Shown here in pieces: positions 12,500 through 26,014 of a stretch of 43,398 nt of DNA. The translations under genes and the position numbers were made by a program. The notes under the pieces were generated by a model that saw only the letters and a list, made by a program, of their open reading frames with translations, was not told the DNA's origin and did no database searches. Source of the DNA: Octopus bimaculoides (Eukaryota); the NCBI RefSeq assembly GCF_001194135.2, contig NC_068985.1, positions 116,447,213 to 116,490,610 of the forward strand, given 5' to 3'. How positions within the stretch are numbered: position 1 is the stretch's first letter; the number at the start of each line of letters is the position of its first letter.

Positions 12500-12800
12500 C
12501 TGTAAAAACGTGAACGCTGGAGAAATATGTCAGATACAAATTGTAAACAGAAGTCTTACAAAGTTAGATATGATAAAATAAAAGAGGGCAGTGGAATATA
12601 CAACGCTGAACGGAAAGTACAATGATCGCACTAACCAGCACAACAGATAAAATAGTGGTCTACATTTGCTGGGGTGAACGGTTCAAATCTAGGTGGTGTA
12701 TTGCTATCGTTGTGCTTTACCTCCAAGTACCTCTGTTTCTGTATTTTTTTTTTTTAATCAAAAGGGTTATAGGCTAAATTATGTATATCGTATCTTCCAT

Positions 12801-13055
12801 GAAGGTGTGTGATCTAGAGGTTAAGATATTGCACCTACGAACGGAAAGTCACTATTTCGATTCCCGGACGGATCGGCGCTTTCTGTTCTTGAGCAAAAAA
12901 GACGAAAAAATAAGACGGTATTGCAAATCCATACATTCCAGTCAGGTGTAAGTGGGTAATTCTGCAACGGACTGGCATCCACTTCAGTACTGGCATTCAG
13001 ATCTCATTTATATGCAATGACACTCGAGTAACTTGCTCTATGAGACTTATGACAC
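12801..13055 (+). mobile_element. Old family C SINE
   Basis: gtgtgatctagaggttaag...tttcgattcccggac...tgttcttgagcaaaa...ctgcaacggactggcatcc. Same domain order as the 5116-5370 copy. Confidence 0.6.
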
Positions 13056-13667
13056 TAAGGCAGTTATTTCTTATGGATTTATTTACGATATTTCCTAAAT
13101 CTTCTACGGCATATTTTTCCATTTAGTGCCAGATTTCAATAATATTTTAATCAATGCATAAACAGCTCAACTTCCCAAATGCTCCGTGCGACATCTCTTT
13201 TTTGTTCAATAATTACAGACTTTACACCTGTATCTGATAAATAAATGTATCTATTCCTCCAAATTTCAGTCCTAATGTCCAATTTAAAAAGGATTATTAT
13301 CTTTTTTACGTTTTTCTCATTTTGGCGATTTCTTGACACAACATCGATCAGTCTCCTGGCACACATTGTGGGAAGAATAAAATAAGACAGGCGCAAATGT
13401 TATAACAATTTAGAAAACATACTGAAAACTACTGCTTATCTATTTAATTTATATATACATATATATATATAAATCCCGTTTTTCAAAATGCTCAGATATT
13501 ACGCATATTTTCTATAATGATAAATTATAATTCTTAGAATCCGATGACGCACATAGTCATCGCATTCGGGGCAGCAGTGCTCTATAATGNNNNNNNNNNN
13601 NNNNNNNNNNNNNNNNNNNNNNNNNNNNNNNNNNNNNNNNNNNNNNNNNNNNNNNNNNNNNNNNNNN

Positions 13668-13706
<39 letters not shown>

Positions 13707-14482
13707 AATCCCGTTTTTCAAAATGCTCAGATATTACGCATATTTTCTATAATGATAAATTATAATTCTTAGAATCCGATGACGCACATAGTCATCGCAT
13801 TCGGGGCAGCAGTGCTCTATAATGCACCCTTTTAATGTAGTTGCCATAGAGTATGCTTTTTAAAAAATGTAGATGATAATGGAAGTTCAGTGGTTGGCAA
13901 TACGTCAACGAGGGACCTAAGAGATGCTAATCACAAAATTACCATGATTTATATGAGTGAATACGTGACTCATAATAGAAGCAAGATGGGCTAAGAGAGA
14001 CAACTCAAGATTCATAAAATGACACAACGTTAACTATGTGTGGGATCGTATGTATGTATGTATGTATGTATGTATGTATGTATGTATATGCGTGTGGATG
14101 TATGTGTGTATATATATAAATGTATGTGTACATACACAGACACGCAAACACATATATCTGTGCGAGTGTGCGTGTATGTGAGTGTGTGTGTATATATATG
14201 TGTGGATATATGTATATATGTACGTATATACATGTATATATATGCATACATGTATAAGTATATTTATATATTTATTTATACACATGNNNNNNNNNNNNNN
14301 NNNNNNNNNNNNNNNNNNNNNNNNNNNNNNNNNNNNNNNNNNNNNNNNNNNNNNNNNNNNNNNNNNNNNNNNNNNNNNNNNNNNNNNNNNNNNNNNNNNN
14401 NNNNNNNNNNNNNNNNNNNNNNNNNNNNNNNNNNNNNNNNNNNNNNNNNNTACATATACATATACATATATATGTGTGAGTT

Positions 14483-14516
<34 letters not shown>

Positions 14517-15811
14517 TGAACATTGTAATGAAAGTGCAGTAATAAGAACAGTTGCACCGGTACTCCTTTCCAAACGCAACTAAAAACGTTTGTACCAACG
14601 ATGTATGGGAGCATTTATGTATACATTTGTGCATGTATGTATTATGTATGTGTGGGTGGGTATATATATATATATATGTGTCTGTCCTCATATATAGTTA
14701 CAGTGACTTTTGACACTTTTGGTATGCATGTACAACCATCTATGTTTGTACATCTGCACGTGTTTATGTTTTTGTATTCATGTATATCTTCACCTGCTCT
14801 AGTCTCTGGAATGATATTCGTTTCTACATTCAACAAAGTCACTGCGCAAATAATCATTCGTCCTTTAAAATGACTTGCTGGTCCTCCTCCCGCTGACGGA
14901 TGAATATCGTAAATAGAGAAGATAATGCATTAAAATATCATAAAACTTTAAATATGAAATATATTTATTTGATCGTTTTCAAAACATATTTATAATTCAG
15001 TAGTTACTGACGTTCAATAATAAATGAGCGTAAATAACAATGACAAGATAGTTAAGATATAGAATATTTTCTTGATCTGATAATCCTAAGAATTAGAAAT
15101 GTAAATTAATTTTGATGAAAAAAAAAATTAATTGAAATTAAGTAATTACATATAAATATAATCTTAATTAATTAATTAAATGTGCATATTTAAATGCAAT
15201 CAATATTTTCCAATTAATGCTAACCATTAAGTACCCGCTGTTGTTTAAATTGTCGGTCCCTATATTAACATAAAGAACTTCTTTTTTTTTCTGTTGAGTC
15301 TTAACTCATGTATGTATATATACATTAAACCTATTGTATGTACGTATGGTTACATAATGCTTGATAAAATATACACAGACGCAAGACTTATAGATAAAGT
15401 AATAATTCCAAGAATACAAGCGGAGCAGGTAATCGTATTGAGATATTACCGATCCTAGTGCCGGTTGAGTAATTTCAATTGCTTAGAACACAATAAAATC
15501 ATCATATACTATATTGTGACAGAATATTTTGACAGAATATTTTTTTATGACAGAATATTTCGGTGTTTTGTGCCAACAACTACATGTCAAGATATCGGAA
15601 ACATTTTCATTCGTTTAGAAATTCTTATGGTCGAAAATGGGTTGTAGATCTTAAAAGGTTGAGTTTCTTACTTGGTTGTGTCTCACGGTGAAAATCGAAC
15701 AATTTCAAAGTGCAGAGCAACTGAGTTCATGCAAAATTTCTTGAATATGTATGTGTGTATGTAAGTATGAATGAATGTATATATGTATGCATCTATGATT
15801 GCATATGTATA

Positions 15812-15862
<51 letters not shown>

Positions 15863-16032
15863 ACACAGTTGAAGTGAGATACGTAATCAAAANNNNNNNN
15901 NNNNNNNNNNNNNNNNNNNNNNNNNNNNNNNNNNNNNNNNNNNNNNNNNNNNNNNNNNNNNNNNNNNNNNNNNNNNNNNNNNNNNNNNNNNNNNNNNNNN
16001 NNNNNNNNNNNNNNNNNNNNNNNNNNTGTATA

Positions 16033-16083
<51 letters not shown>

Positions 16084-16679
16084 ACACAGTTGAAGTGAGA
16101 TACGTAATCAAAATTCGGGTACAGTATCCAACGTATTACGAAACCAGTCATCTACCTCAGAATAGGCTGTATTTATATATAATGTGTGTGTGTGTGCCTT
16201 TGCGCGTGTGAGGTGTTTATGTGTGGGCGTGCGTGTGATTGTGTGTGTGTATGTGTGTTCATGTGTGTGCATGCGTATGTATATGTGTGTGTGTGTATGT
16301 GTGTGTACGTGTGTGTGTGGTTTAATTTGCATGAAGCCTTGTCTAAATATATAAAAGCAAAATAATGCAAATTTAAAAAAAAATAATACAAGTTGATTGT
16401 TTGTACCTTTATTTCAATGTTTTAGCTTAAGGATCCCTATTCTGAAAGTCTTTGGACAAATTGCGTTCTGAGCTGATTGGCTGCTATAGCGACACAAAGC
16501 AACTCTCCATACATACTACAGAACAGGGATATCATCACAAAACACTATTTGTCCGAAGATTACTTGAAAAGTGATCCTAACACCGTAATATTGAAAATTC
16601 GAATTTCTTATAACTTGCATTTTGGGCCTCACACCGTGACGTACACCATCATAACTCCCTGTCCAAAACTATCCTAGAG

Positions 16680-16812
16680 GGCATAGCTTTGGGAAAGCGA
16701 AAGATTAGCTGACAGAGAAAAGAGACCAGTAGCGACAACTGACTGCAAAAGCATCTGGAGCGGGCACCCCAATGACTGGTTGCACAAGTTAAAGGAACTT
16801 GATGATGATGAT
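16680..16812 (+). mobile_element. Possible 3' terminus of a second RTE-like LINE
   Basis: ttagctgacagagaaaagagaccagtagcg reads LADREKRPVA (cf. LA.DR..WR..V). It is followed by a short 3' UTR ending in (GAT)n. Confidence 0.3.
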
Positions 16813-17614
16813 ACATTACATACGTATATATATATATATATCATGTAATTTTGAATCTGAGTAGTTAACACTCCCAGTATGAGTATAAACCTTCCTATAT
16901 TAGTTAAATATTGTTTTATCTTACAACTTAACAGTTGGCAGCTATATTCTAAGGAAAGCTGGTCGGTATTATATATTGAACACACTGTTTATCTAACCAG
17001 AAGAAAAACGTAGATTAAATACACAATGTTCTGTCTTAATCTGGAGACTGCTCCGGTTATCTATTTAGTGAACATCAATAGTCTTATATCTAACAAGTTA
17101 GTATCTATAAACTACAATCTATTGACTACAATCTTTTGATACAGCGTGTATGTATTCAATCACCATTCATAAACTGCATTTATCTCGTTGACATCCATAG
17201 AGGTTATGTTTAGCTAGTCAATAACCTTTTGCGGCAACATATCAAGAGGAAATAACTACGTTATTTAAGTCTCTTTACCCTTTGACATATACGCTAATTA
17301 TTACTATATATGCTTTGTCTGAAACTGGTCTTGTCTACGACATTCGGATATATCCTATTGTTGTTGCTGATGTAGTGTTATTGTTTTTAGGTTACGGAAG
17401 ATAGTGTTGTGGCTGTTGGTTTCTTTGTATAAGGCGTAGGTCGCAACGTAAAACAGGCGCCATAGATATTGTCCTTCTACAAGGGTCCGTAATAAATATC
17501 AGCTGGAACAAAAGGGAACATATTTTCCGGCAGTAGAATTATCAAGAATATTATCATTGAATTATATGTAAACCATTAATTTTATAATTTATATAAAATC
17601 TATAATGAAATAAT

Positions 17615-17618
17615 ATTA

Positions 17619-17660
<42 letters not shown>

Positions 17661-17682
17661 GTTATGATGATGATGATGTTGT

Positions 17683-17743
<61 letters not shown>

Positions 17744-17777
17744 ATAAAAAATATGGATAATAATAATAATAATAATA

Positions 17778-17816
<39 letters not shown>

Positions 17817-18190
17817 ATTGTAATTATAATAATAATAATTATAATAATAATATTTTCTACTAAAGACACAAGGCCTGAAACATTGGGTGATGAAGGACTA
17901 ATGGATTACATCGACCCCAGTGTTCCACTGGTACTTAATATATCAACCCCGAAAGGATGAAAGGCAAAGTTGACCTCTGCGGAACTTGAACTCACNNNNN
18001 NNNNNNNNNNNNNNNNNNNNNNNNNNNNNNNNNNNNNNNNNNNNNNNNNNNNNNNNNNNNNNNNNNNNNNNNNNNNNNNNNNNNNNNNNNNNNNNNNNNN
18101 NNNNNNNNNNNNNNNNNNNNNNNNNNNNNNNNNNNNNNNAATAATAATAATAATAATAATAATGATGATGATGATGATGATGATGATGAA

Positions 18191-18235
<45 letters not shown>

Positions 18236-18240
18236 AATAC
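17615..18240. repeat. (GAT)n/(AAT)n/(ATT)n arrays on both sides of a SINE fragment and a gap
   Basis: Direct reading at 17615-17850 and 18140-18240. Confidence 0.9.
17865..17995 (-). mobile_element. Family B SINE (Deu/Nin-like), truncated by a gap
   Basis: Reverse complement of gttcaagttccgc.gaggtcaactttgcctttcatcctttcggggttgata...aagtaccagt...ctggggtcgatgtaatc. Confidence 0.75.
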
Positions 18241-19300
18241 TGAGATAATTCTGAAAGAGGTCATATCTATTTGGGATGTAAGATAGTTATAAATCTCCGC
18301 CACTACCACCAATACCGGCCTATGTAAACACTAACACCAACTACAACAAAGACTGCTGCTACAGCAGCAGCAACAGCCAGAAAAATAACAACAACAACAA
18401 AAAGAACACTATCTTCGATCTCTACAACACCATACTATCGCATCCTAGATAAATCGATTTCGGTGTTGCTAAATGCAGTCTACGAAAACAGATTAGATCG
18501 ACGTACGGAAACAGGCTGGAAATTAATTTCTATCGAATGTATATCTTAATATTTCTAATTAGTAATACAGATATGGCATTTTATTGGAGCAAAATATGGC
18601 GGTCGTTGCCATTAAAGAAGAGGGTTTGGGAGTTTGGGAGTTGTGTTATTAATGAAGGAGAGATTGGCTGCATGTTGTGCGCGAATGTTTGATGAGTGGG
18701 TTGGCTCTCAATGACAGATCGTTTGGCTTCGGTGTAATATATAGTTAATGGTGTTGCTGCTATTGTTGTATCAGTTATTATGCTGCTGTTGACCTTAGAG
18801 CTATTACTGTCGCTGTTCTTATCATCTTTCGTGGCTGTTACTGCTGTCGTTGTTGCTATTGCTTTGCTGTTGTTGTTGCATTACTTCTTCTTCTTCTATC
18901 CGGTCTGCTTTTGACTAAGTAATATATGGCATACTGTTTTTGCTTTGAATATATATTTCTCTTCATATCAACTCATTTATTAGTTAAGACCAACACAATT
19001 AAAATATGACCCGTCATTTCACGAACAGTAGGTGTCTGTCCGAAGATCAGTTTTCTAAAATGTATTCTGCTTGATAAAATATCGGAGAGAAATTTACAAA
19101 TGATTAGTGCACATACTGGTGTTTTTTTACGCACTTTTACATTCCTATCACACAATAAAACACACATAGATACACACACACGCATACACACACATACATA
19201 CATGCATACATATATACATACATATATAGCATATATACATACATATATAGCATATGTACATACATATATACCATGTATACATACATATATACACACACAT

Positions 19301-19337
<37 letters not shown>

Positions 19338-19656
19338 CATACAGATATATATATGACAGTTGTCATTGTATGTTGTTTCTGTTATATATTCGTGATATTC
19401 TCAGTGCACTGTGTATCCTTATCCAAATATGTCCATTAATTAGATTGACATTTTAAAGCGTAATTAATTATTATGTGCGCTAATAATCTCGTATTGCGTC
19501 TTAACTTTTTTATAATTACACAAATGTTGCACTCTTTTTCCAATGCATTCATTCAGAGCATTGTGTTTTTATTATAGATATGGACATACACACACACTCA
19601 CACACATACATACATACTTAGATATATATACATACATACACACACACACATGCACA

Positions 19657-19716
<60 letters not shown>

Positions 19717-19915
19717 ATATTAGGGATACAAATCCAAATTTACAGGTAAAAACTCAATTAAATTCAATTTATCAAANNNNNNNNNNCACACACATATATA
19801 TATAATATTAGGGATACAAATCCAAATTTACAGGTAAACACTCAATTAAATTCAATTTATCAAAAATAAAAATTAAATTAAGTTTCACAGTATAAAATAT
19901 ATAAATATATAGTTT

Positions 19916-20072
19916 TAGAGAAAACAACCAAAGTTCATGAACTCGTCCATGAAAATCCACAGTCACATACATATATATATTATATTATACTTATTTATCG
20001 TGAATTTAATTATTTCTATATGTGACTTAGGATTTTAATTGATGAGTTCATGAACTTTGGTTCTTTTCTCTA
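19916..20072. mobile_element. 157-bp fold-back / MITE-like element with 54-bp imperfect terminal inverted repeats
   Basis: Left arm tagagaaaacaaccaaagttcatgaactcgtccatgaaaatccacagtcacata (19916-19969) matches the reverse complement of 20019-20072 (tagagaaaagaaccaaagttcatgaactcatcaattaaaatcctaagtcacata) at 48/54. Both ends are TA. Confidence 0.6.
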
Positions 20073-20209
20073 GCCAGCTGGAGATGTTCTCCTCGGGCTA
20101 AAAGCAACAGTAACATTCACCCTTAGGGTTTAGACGCATTTAAGTGGCAAATATTCTTCACGTTGTTGTGCAGTTATTGTTTATACCTCGTTCAGAGATT
20201 TCACATTGC

Positions 20210-20266
<57 letters not shown>

Positions 20267-20912
20267 NNNNNNNNNNNNNNNNNNNNNNNNNNNNNNNNNN
20301 NNNNNNNNNNNNNNNNNNNNNNNNNNNNNNNNNNNNNNNNNNNNNNNNNNNNNNNNNNNNNNNNNNNNNNNNNNNNNNNNNNNNNNNNNNNNNNNNNNNN
20401 NNNNNNNNNNNNNNNNNNNNNNNNNNNNNNNNNNNNNNNNNNNNNNNNNNNNNNNNNNNNNNNNNNNNNNNNNNNNNNNNNNNNNNNNNNNNNNNNNNNN
20501 NNNNNNNNNNNNNNNNNNNNNNNNNNNNNNNNNNNNNNNNNNNNNNNNNNNNNNNNNNNNNNNNNNNNNNNNNNNNNNNNNNNNNNNNNNNNNNNNNNNN
20601 NNNNNNNNNNNNNNNNNNNNNNNNNNNNNNNNNNNNNNNNNNNNNNNNNNNNNNNNNNNNNNNNNNNNNNNNNNNNNNNNNNNNNNNNNNNNNNNNNNNN
20701 NNNNNNNNNNNNNNNNNNNNNNNNNNNNNNNNNNNNNNNNNNNNNNNNNNNNNNNNNNNNNNNNNNNNNNNNNNNNNNNNNNNNNNNNNNNNNNNNNNNN
20801 NNNNNNNNNNNNNNNNNNNNNNNNNNNNNNNNNNNNNNNNNNNNNNNNNNNNNNNNNNNNNNNNNNNNNNNNNNNNNNNNNNNNNNNNNNNNNNNNNNNN
20901 NNNNNNNNNNNN

Positions 20913-21533
20913 TTTACACCAGTAGAGTAAAAATCTTGCGTTCTGATGGCGACGAAGTCGTTGAAGGCATGTTTGGCATCAGCTTGGTTTTTGAAGCATT
21001 TCTCACGCAGGAAGTTGTCGAGATGCTTGAAAAAGTGGTAGTCGGTAGGCGAGAGGTCTGGTGAGTATGGTGGCGGATGAGGCAGAGTTTTATAGCCTAA
21101 TTCGTTCAACTTCTGCAGGGTCAGTTGTGCGACGTGCGGCCGAGCGTTTTCGTGGAGAAGAATTGGTCCTTTTCTATTGACCAACGCTGGATGTTGTTGT
21201 CGGAGTTTCTTATGCATTTCATCCATTTGCTGAAAGTAGTTCTCCGCCGTAATGGTTTCACCTGGAACCAAAAAGCTGTGATGGATGAGACCGGCCGCAG
21301 ACCACAAAACAGTCACCATGACCTTCATTTGCTGCAACTTCGGCTTCTGGAAGTGCCGAGGAGCTTCGTCTGCGTCCAACCACTGAGTTGAGCGTCGCCG
21401 ATTGTAAAGAATCCACTTTTCATCGCAAATCACAATCAGGTCGAGAAACGGATCGTTCCTGTTGCGTAAAAGAAGGGAAGACGATACTTCAAAACAACGT
21501 TTTTTTTATTTGTTTTTTTTTTGTCGTTCAAAA
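20913..21533 (-). mobile_element. Mariner transposase fragment, cecropia subfamily (Hsmar1/SETMAR-like), catalytic domain; 3' end lies in the gap
   Basis: Stop-free from 21499 to the gap: RCFEVSSSLLLRNRNDPFLDLIVICDEKWILYNRRRSTQWLD...KVMVTVLWSAAGLIHHSFLVPGETIT...ALVNRKGPILLHENARPHVAQLTLQKLNELGY...HPPPYSPDLSPTDYHFFKHLDNFL...DFYSTGV. Confidence 0.95.
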
Positions 21534-22169
21534 CCTTTAATTATATTATTTTTTTACTTCAACTGCAGTGCCTCAGCATGGCCACAGACTCTAGCTGAAA
21601 ACACTTATAGAATTGTTATTACCACTACTTTTGATAATTCTGTATTGTCATTACTATTTAAAATAACAATGGCATTAATATTACTAGTAAATCCATATTA
21701 TTTCTATGGCTGTTGTTCTGTAGTGTTTCTGTTAATAAATATTTTCTTTCCTTCAAGTTTCTCTTGTACAACGCCATTGTTATTACGTTGCTTTTTAATA
21801 GCATTTTTGTTTCGTTATTTCTCATCTTTTTTTTCCTTCGAGGAGAAATTTTTTACTTGAAGTTCATTTTAAAAATTGGTTTTCTTCAATTGCAGTCTTT
21901 AATTCCTGTTTTATTTCCGGGCTAAGATATTTTATTCGAATATTTTAAGATTTCAATATTTATTTTCCCAATATTTTTTATTACTTCAAATAATTTTATT
22001 ATTTATATTTTCATTATTTCATGTACGTGAAATTGAGATTGTTACAAGTTTACAAACGCAGGCCTGTCCGGTGCATGTCATCTCTTTAAAATAAAGAAAG
22101 AAGATAGCGATGAAGGTGAGGAGAAGGGCAGAAAGGAACAGGGTGGGCGGATAGTGATGTTGATGAAAA

Positions 22170-22652
22170 TCGTTTCTAATATTAACGATGATGGTGGTGT
22201 TTGTGGTAAGGGTGGTAGCGCTGTTGCTCATGGTGGTGGTGGTGGTGGTGCTGTGGTGGATGGGGAAGATAAAAGATGGAAATGAGGAATAGAAAGGAAA
22301 AGGGTGAGAACAACGGTGATGAGGACGACTATGAAAAGAAGTACGAGGAGGAGGAGGAGGAGGAGAAGGTGATGGTGGTCGTGGTCGTGGTAATGGTGGT
22401 GGTGGTGGTAGTGGTGGTCGTGGTCGTCGTGGTCGTCGTCGTGGTAGATGGGGCAGCGGCTGTGAGAACGTCGACAACTATGATGATAATAATGTTCGTG
22501 ACGTCGATGTTTAAGACGATCGTGATCATGATTAATCATGATGATGTTGATGAGGTGGAGGATGATAATGCTAATGACAATGATGATAATGATGATAATG
22601 AAACGAACACGACGACAATGACGAGGAGAACAACAACAACGACGACGACGAC

Positions 22653-22687
<35 letters not shown>

Positions 22688-22800
22688 CGACGACGACGAC
22701 GACGATGATGATGAGGAGGAGCAGGAGGAGCAGGAGGAGCAGGAGGAGCAGGAGGAGCAGGAGCAGGGGGAGGATGAGGAGTAGGAGGAGTCTAGATGGA
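22170..22800. repeat. Compound trinucleotide region (GGT, GAG, GAT, GAC, AAC) with a (GAGCAGGAG)n tail
   Basis: Direct reading. It explains the poly-V, poly-M, poly-T and poly-P pseudo-ORFs. Confidence 0.88.
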
Positions 22801-23169
22801 AGTAAGGTAAAATAAGATCTGTGTTGGCAAGATTACCTCACAGTGAGAGTCAATAATTGGGATATTTATATTAAAAATGATAGGGGTATACAACAAACTC
22901 TCCGAAACGCTATATTTAAAGACCATATAAAGGAAAATACATGTCTTCCAAACGTGTGCGAATAAAATGTGGCGAAGCCATGGTTAGGAAACGTTTATCA
23001 ATACAAATTCTCCGAAACAGGAATAAATAGAATGCCAGTGATAATAGGTCTTATACGGTGATTAAATATACAATACAGAAAAGATGGCTATATAATTAGG
23101 TATGAATATAGGAAAAAAAACATTCATTTTATATATTGAAAATGGCTGTGTGACACACTGCAGACATAA

Positions 23170-23585
23170 TTCATTCTAATTTTGGCAGAAGGCTGACAAT
23201 TTTAAGGAAGAAATAGGTCGGTTGTATAGACTTCAGTGTCCAAATGGAACTTATATTATCGACCTCAAAAGGATGAAAGGCAAAGTCCATCCCGGTGGAA
23301 TTTGAACTCAGAACGTAGAAATCCGGAAGAAATATTGTCTTGCATTTGACGAAGGGTGCTGACTATTCTATCTGTTCGTCACCGTTAATGGTTCCTGCAT
23401 ATTTTTAGAGAAGAGCTAAGTCGATCACATTTCCTTCAGTGCTTAACTTGTAAGTATTTTATCGATTCCAAAAGGATAAAGAGCGAAACTCGACAGAATT
23501 GGAATTCCGAACATAAAAAAAAGAGAAGAAATACCTCCGTTTTGTCCAATGCGACAACAGTCCTGCGAGTTCGCTACCTTAAGCA
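23170..23585 (-). mobile_element. Two adjacent old family B SINEs
   Basis: aaaggatgaaaggcaaagtc...ggaatttgaactcagaacgtag (about 23270-23320) and aaaggataaagagcgaaactcgacagaattggaattccgaac (about 23470-23510). Each is followed by a reverse-complement head. Confidence 0.7.
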
Positions 23586-24814
23586 CCGCAGACATAATAA
23601 AATACTAGCATTATACTAACACCAATAATTCTGAGAACAGTAGGATTAACAGAAAAGTTAAAATAATCCTACATAAATCTGAAGCTGAAGGAGATAGACT
23701 AGGTGATAGAAGAGATGCGTAAAACTAAAATACAATATAAAAATAGAAATACAGTCAGTACTTGATAAAGTAGCGATGATGCATAGGAATAAACTTGTTC
23801 TGAAGTAAACTAAAGAAGCTAATGATTTAAACTGATTTAGATTATTGAATTAAAAACGCTATGACAGCTAAGATGTAAGTACATGAGCGTATCTAGAAGT
23901 GGTAAAAATGGATTGACACATGAGCAGCACAACTGTAAAAACATTGACAGCTTATCTATAAAGAGATATATTGATACATTTCAGAAAACAAGAATGATTG
24001 TTCGTGAGTAGGTGTACAAAACAGTGACAGAAACAATACAAACGGTGTTTGAAAGACATTTGAACTCATAAAGACTTTTGACGACAGTTTTTTCGTGAAG
24101 AAAAGAATTCTCGCTTAAGAGCAAAACGTGTTAAAACACTATAGGCAGCTCAGAGTGTAGTTTATTAGACTGATAAATGCATTTCGGGCTCGTTATTTCT
24201 CTTCACCACTTGATACAGAGTGAGACACTTATAAAAGATGCAAAGCTTTCTAGTCACCTCAGAATTGCTTCTCGTAGTATTTTTTGCAGAGAACTATTTC
24301 ATGTTTTCATTTTTTATCTTTTTTATTGTTCTATGCCTTAAGACCGATTTTTTCTCTTCTCCGCGACAAACTGCAGCGAACCGCTTTTACAGGATCGAAT
24401 ATTTCTCAAAAATATTTGAACTGGTCCCAAGTAAGTAGTTTCACTGGAAGTGAAGGTTTCTTGTAATACTTACCTAATATATTTGGAAGCACTGAAGACT
24501 AGGTTTACCTTTCAAATCAACACAAAACTGAATGCATAAACAGGAGAATATAAAATATTATGCTAATATCCGAGATGTCCATGAAGATAAACAATATTTA
24601 AACATATTATTTCATTCCTCTATGTGTTACAACTTAAAGGCTGTGGCCATGGTGGAACACTGCCGTTTCTTATAATTTTATTGAATTACACTGCCATTGA
24701 TTAGATAATTTTTCAAAAGGAGAAGAAAGGAATCAAGTAAAATAAATATGTCATTGTCAAGCGGGTGTTTGGAACATATATTAACATGAAATTCTTCTAG
24801 AAACTTCTAATGCA

Positions 24815-25047
24815 TAGGGCGGTGAGCTGGCAGAAACGTTAGCACGCCGGGCGAAATACTTAGCGGTATTTCGTCTGCCGCTACGTTCTAAGTTCAAATG
24901 CCGCCAGGGTCGACTTTGTATTTCATCCTTTCGGGGTCGATAAATTAAGTACCAGTCACGTACTGGGGTCAATGTAATTGACTTCATCCCTTTGTCTGTC
25001 CTTGTTTGTCCCCTCTATATTTACCCCCTTGTGGGCAATAAAGAAAT
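24815..25047 (+). mobile_element. Full-length family B SINE (Deu/Nin-like centre) with 17-bp target-site duplication
   Basis: ggcggtgagctggcagaaacgttagcacgccgggcgaaatacttagcggtatttcg...tttcatcctttcggggtcgataaattaagtaccag...gggcaataaagaaat. Flanked by TAGAAACTTCTAATGCA (24798-24814) and TAGAAACTTCCAATGCA (25048-25064). Confidence 0.9.
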
Positions 25048-25909
25048 TAGAAACTTCCAATGCAGATTATTTAAAGCAAGAGATTTGTAACATAGTAGAT
25101 GCAGTCTTATGCGAGTCACAAATCACTGCTTCATGAAACGTACAATATTTAACTCTTTTTTTTTACCGTATTACACAGCTTCTATTTCAATTAATTTTGA
25201 AAAAAGTGACGAATTTATTAAAATAATTTTGTCATTATTGAACAAATGTTTGGAGCATAAATTAACATGTAACGTTGGTGAAAGATTTTAATTGAGATTC
25301 CATCAAAACAAGAAGTTTCTATCATAGAACCAGGCTCGTTCTTTATGTTACTTGTCCTGTTTCTTGTTGTTTTTTTTCTTGTTGTTTGTATATTTAACTC
25401 GTTATAAATGACGAGAGAAATAGTATGATGAAATTTATTTTATTATATTTAGTAATTAATAAATTACTTACAGAAATTAAGCAAATTCTTAACGTGAAAG
25501 GAAAGTCCTAGCTAAATACTAAAGTCTCGAGGTAACATTTCAACTATGCGAAGTCAATATCTAAATACAATGTTAAAAGTTAGGCAAGATTATAATAATG
25601 GAATTAATATAAAATAATAAAACGGTAGTCTAGAAATGAAAGTGAATATTGTAATATAATCATAAATTAACTAGTAGATCTTATTAGTATAACAAAAAAT
25701 AAGTGATATATTTCTCTCTAAAAATCTAGAAAATAAACGATCGTGTATGTATATATGTATATATATATATAACGTTGGTTTTAGATGAAGGGAAATAAGC
25801 CGAGGACTTAACATCTTCTATATGGGTAAGATTAACGATATTAATGCTTCACTAAAATCCTTCCAAATCAACACCACGGGGGGAGTATTGAACAGATAGA
25901 GATATACAG

Positions 25910-25919
25910 CCATAAATAA

Positions 25920-26014
<95 letters not shown>

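Noticed and set aside
17758-17815. (AAT)n(ATT)n fold-back
   Set aside because: A trivial consequence of adjacent complementary microsatellites.
22870-23025. Two aaa.tctccgaaac motifs suggesting hammerhead or Penelope ends
   Set aside because: No CUGANGA core and no stem I or III; too degenerate to support.
25786-25830. tttag|ATGAAGG...TGG|gtaaga exon-like cassette
   Set aside because: Stops in all frames, weak pyrimidine tract, expected by chance.
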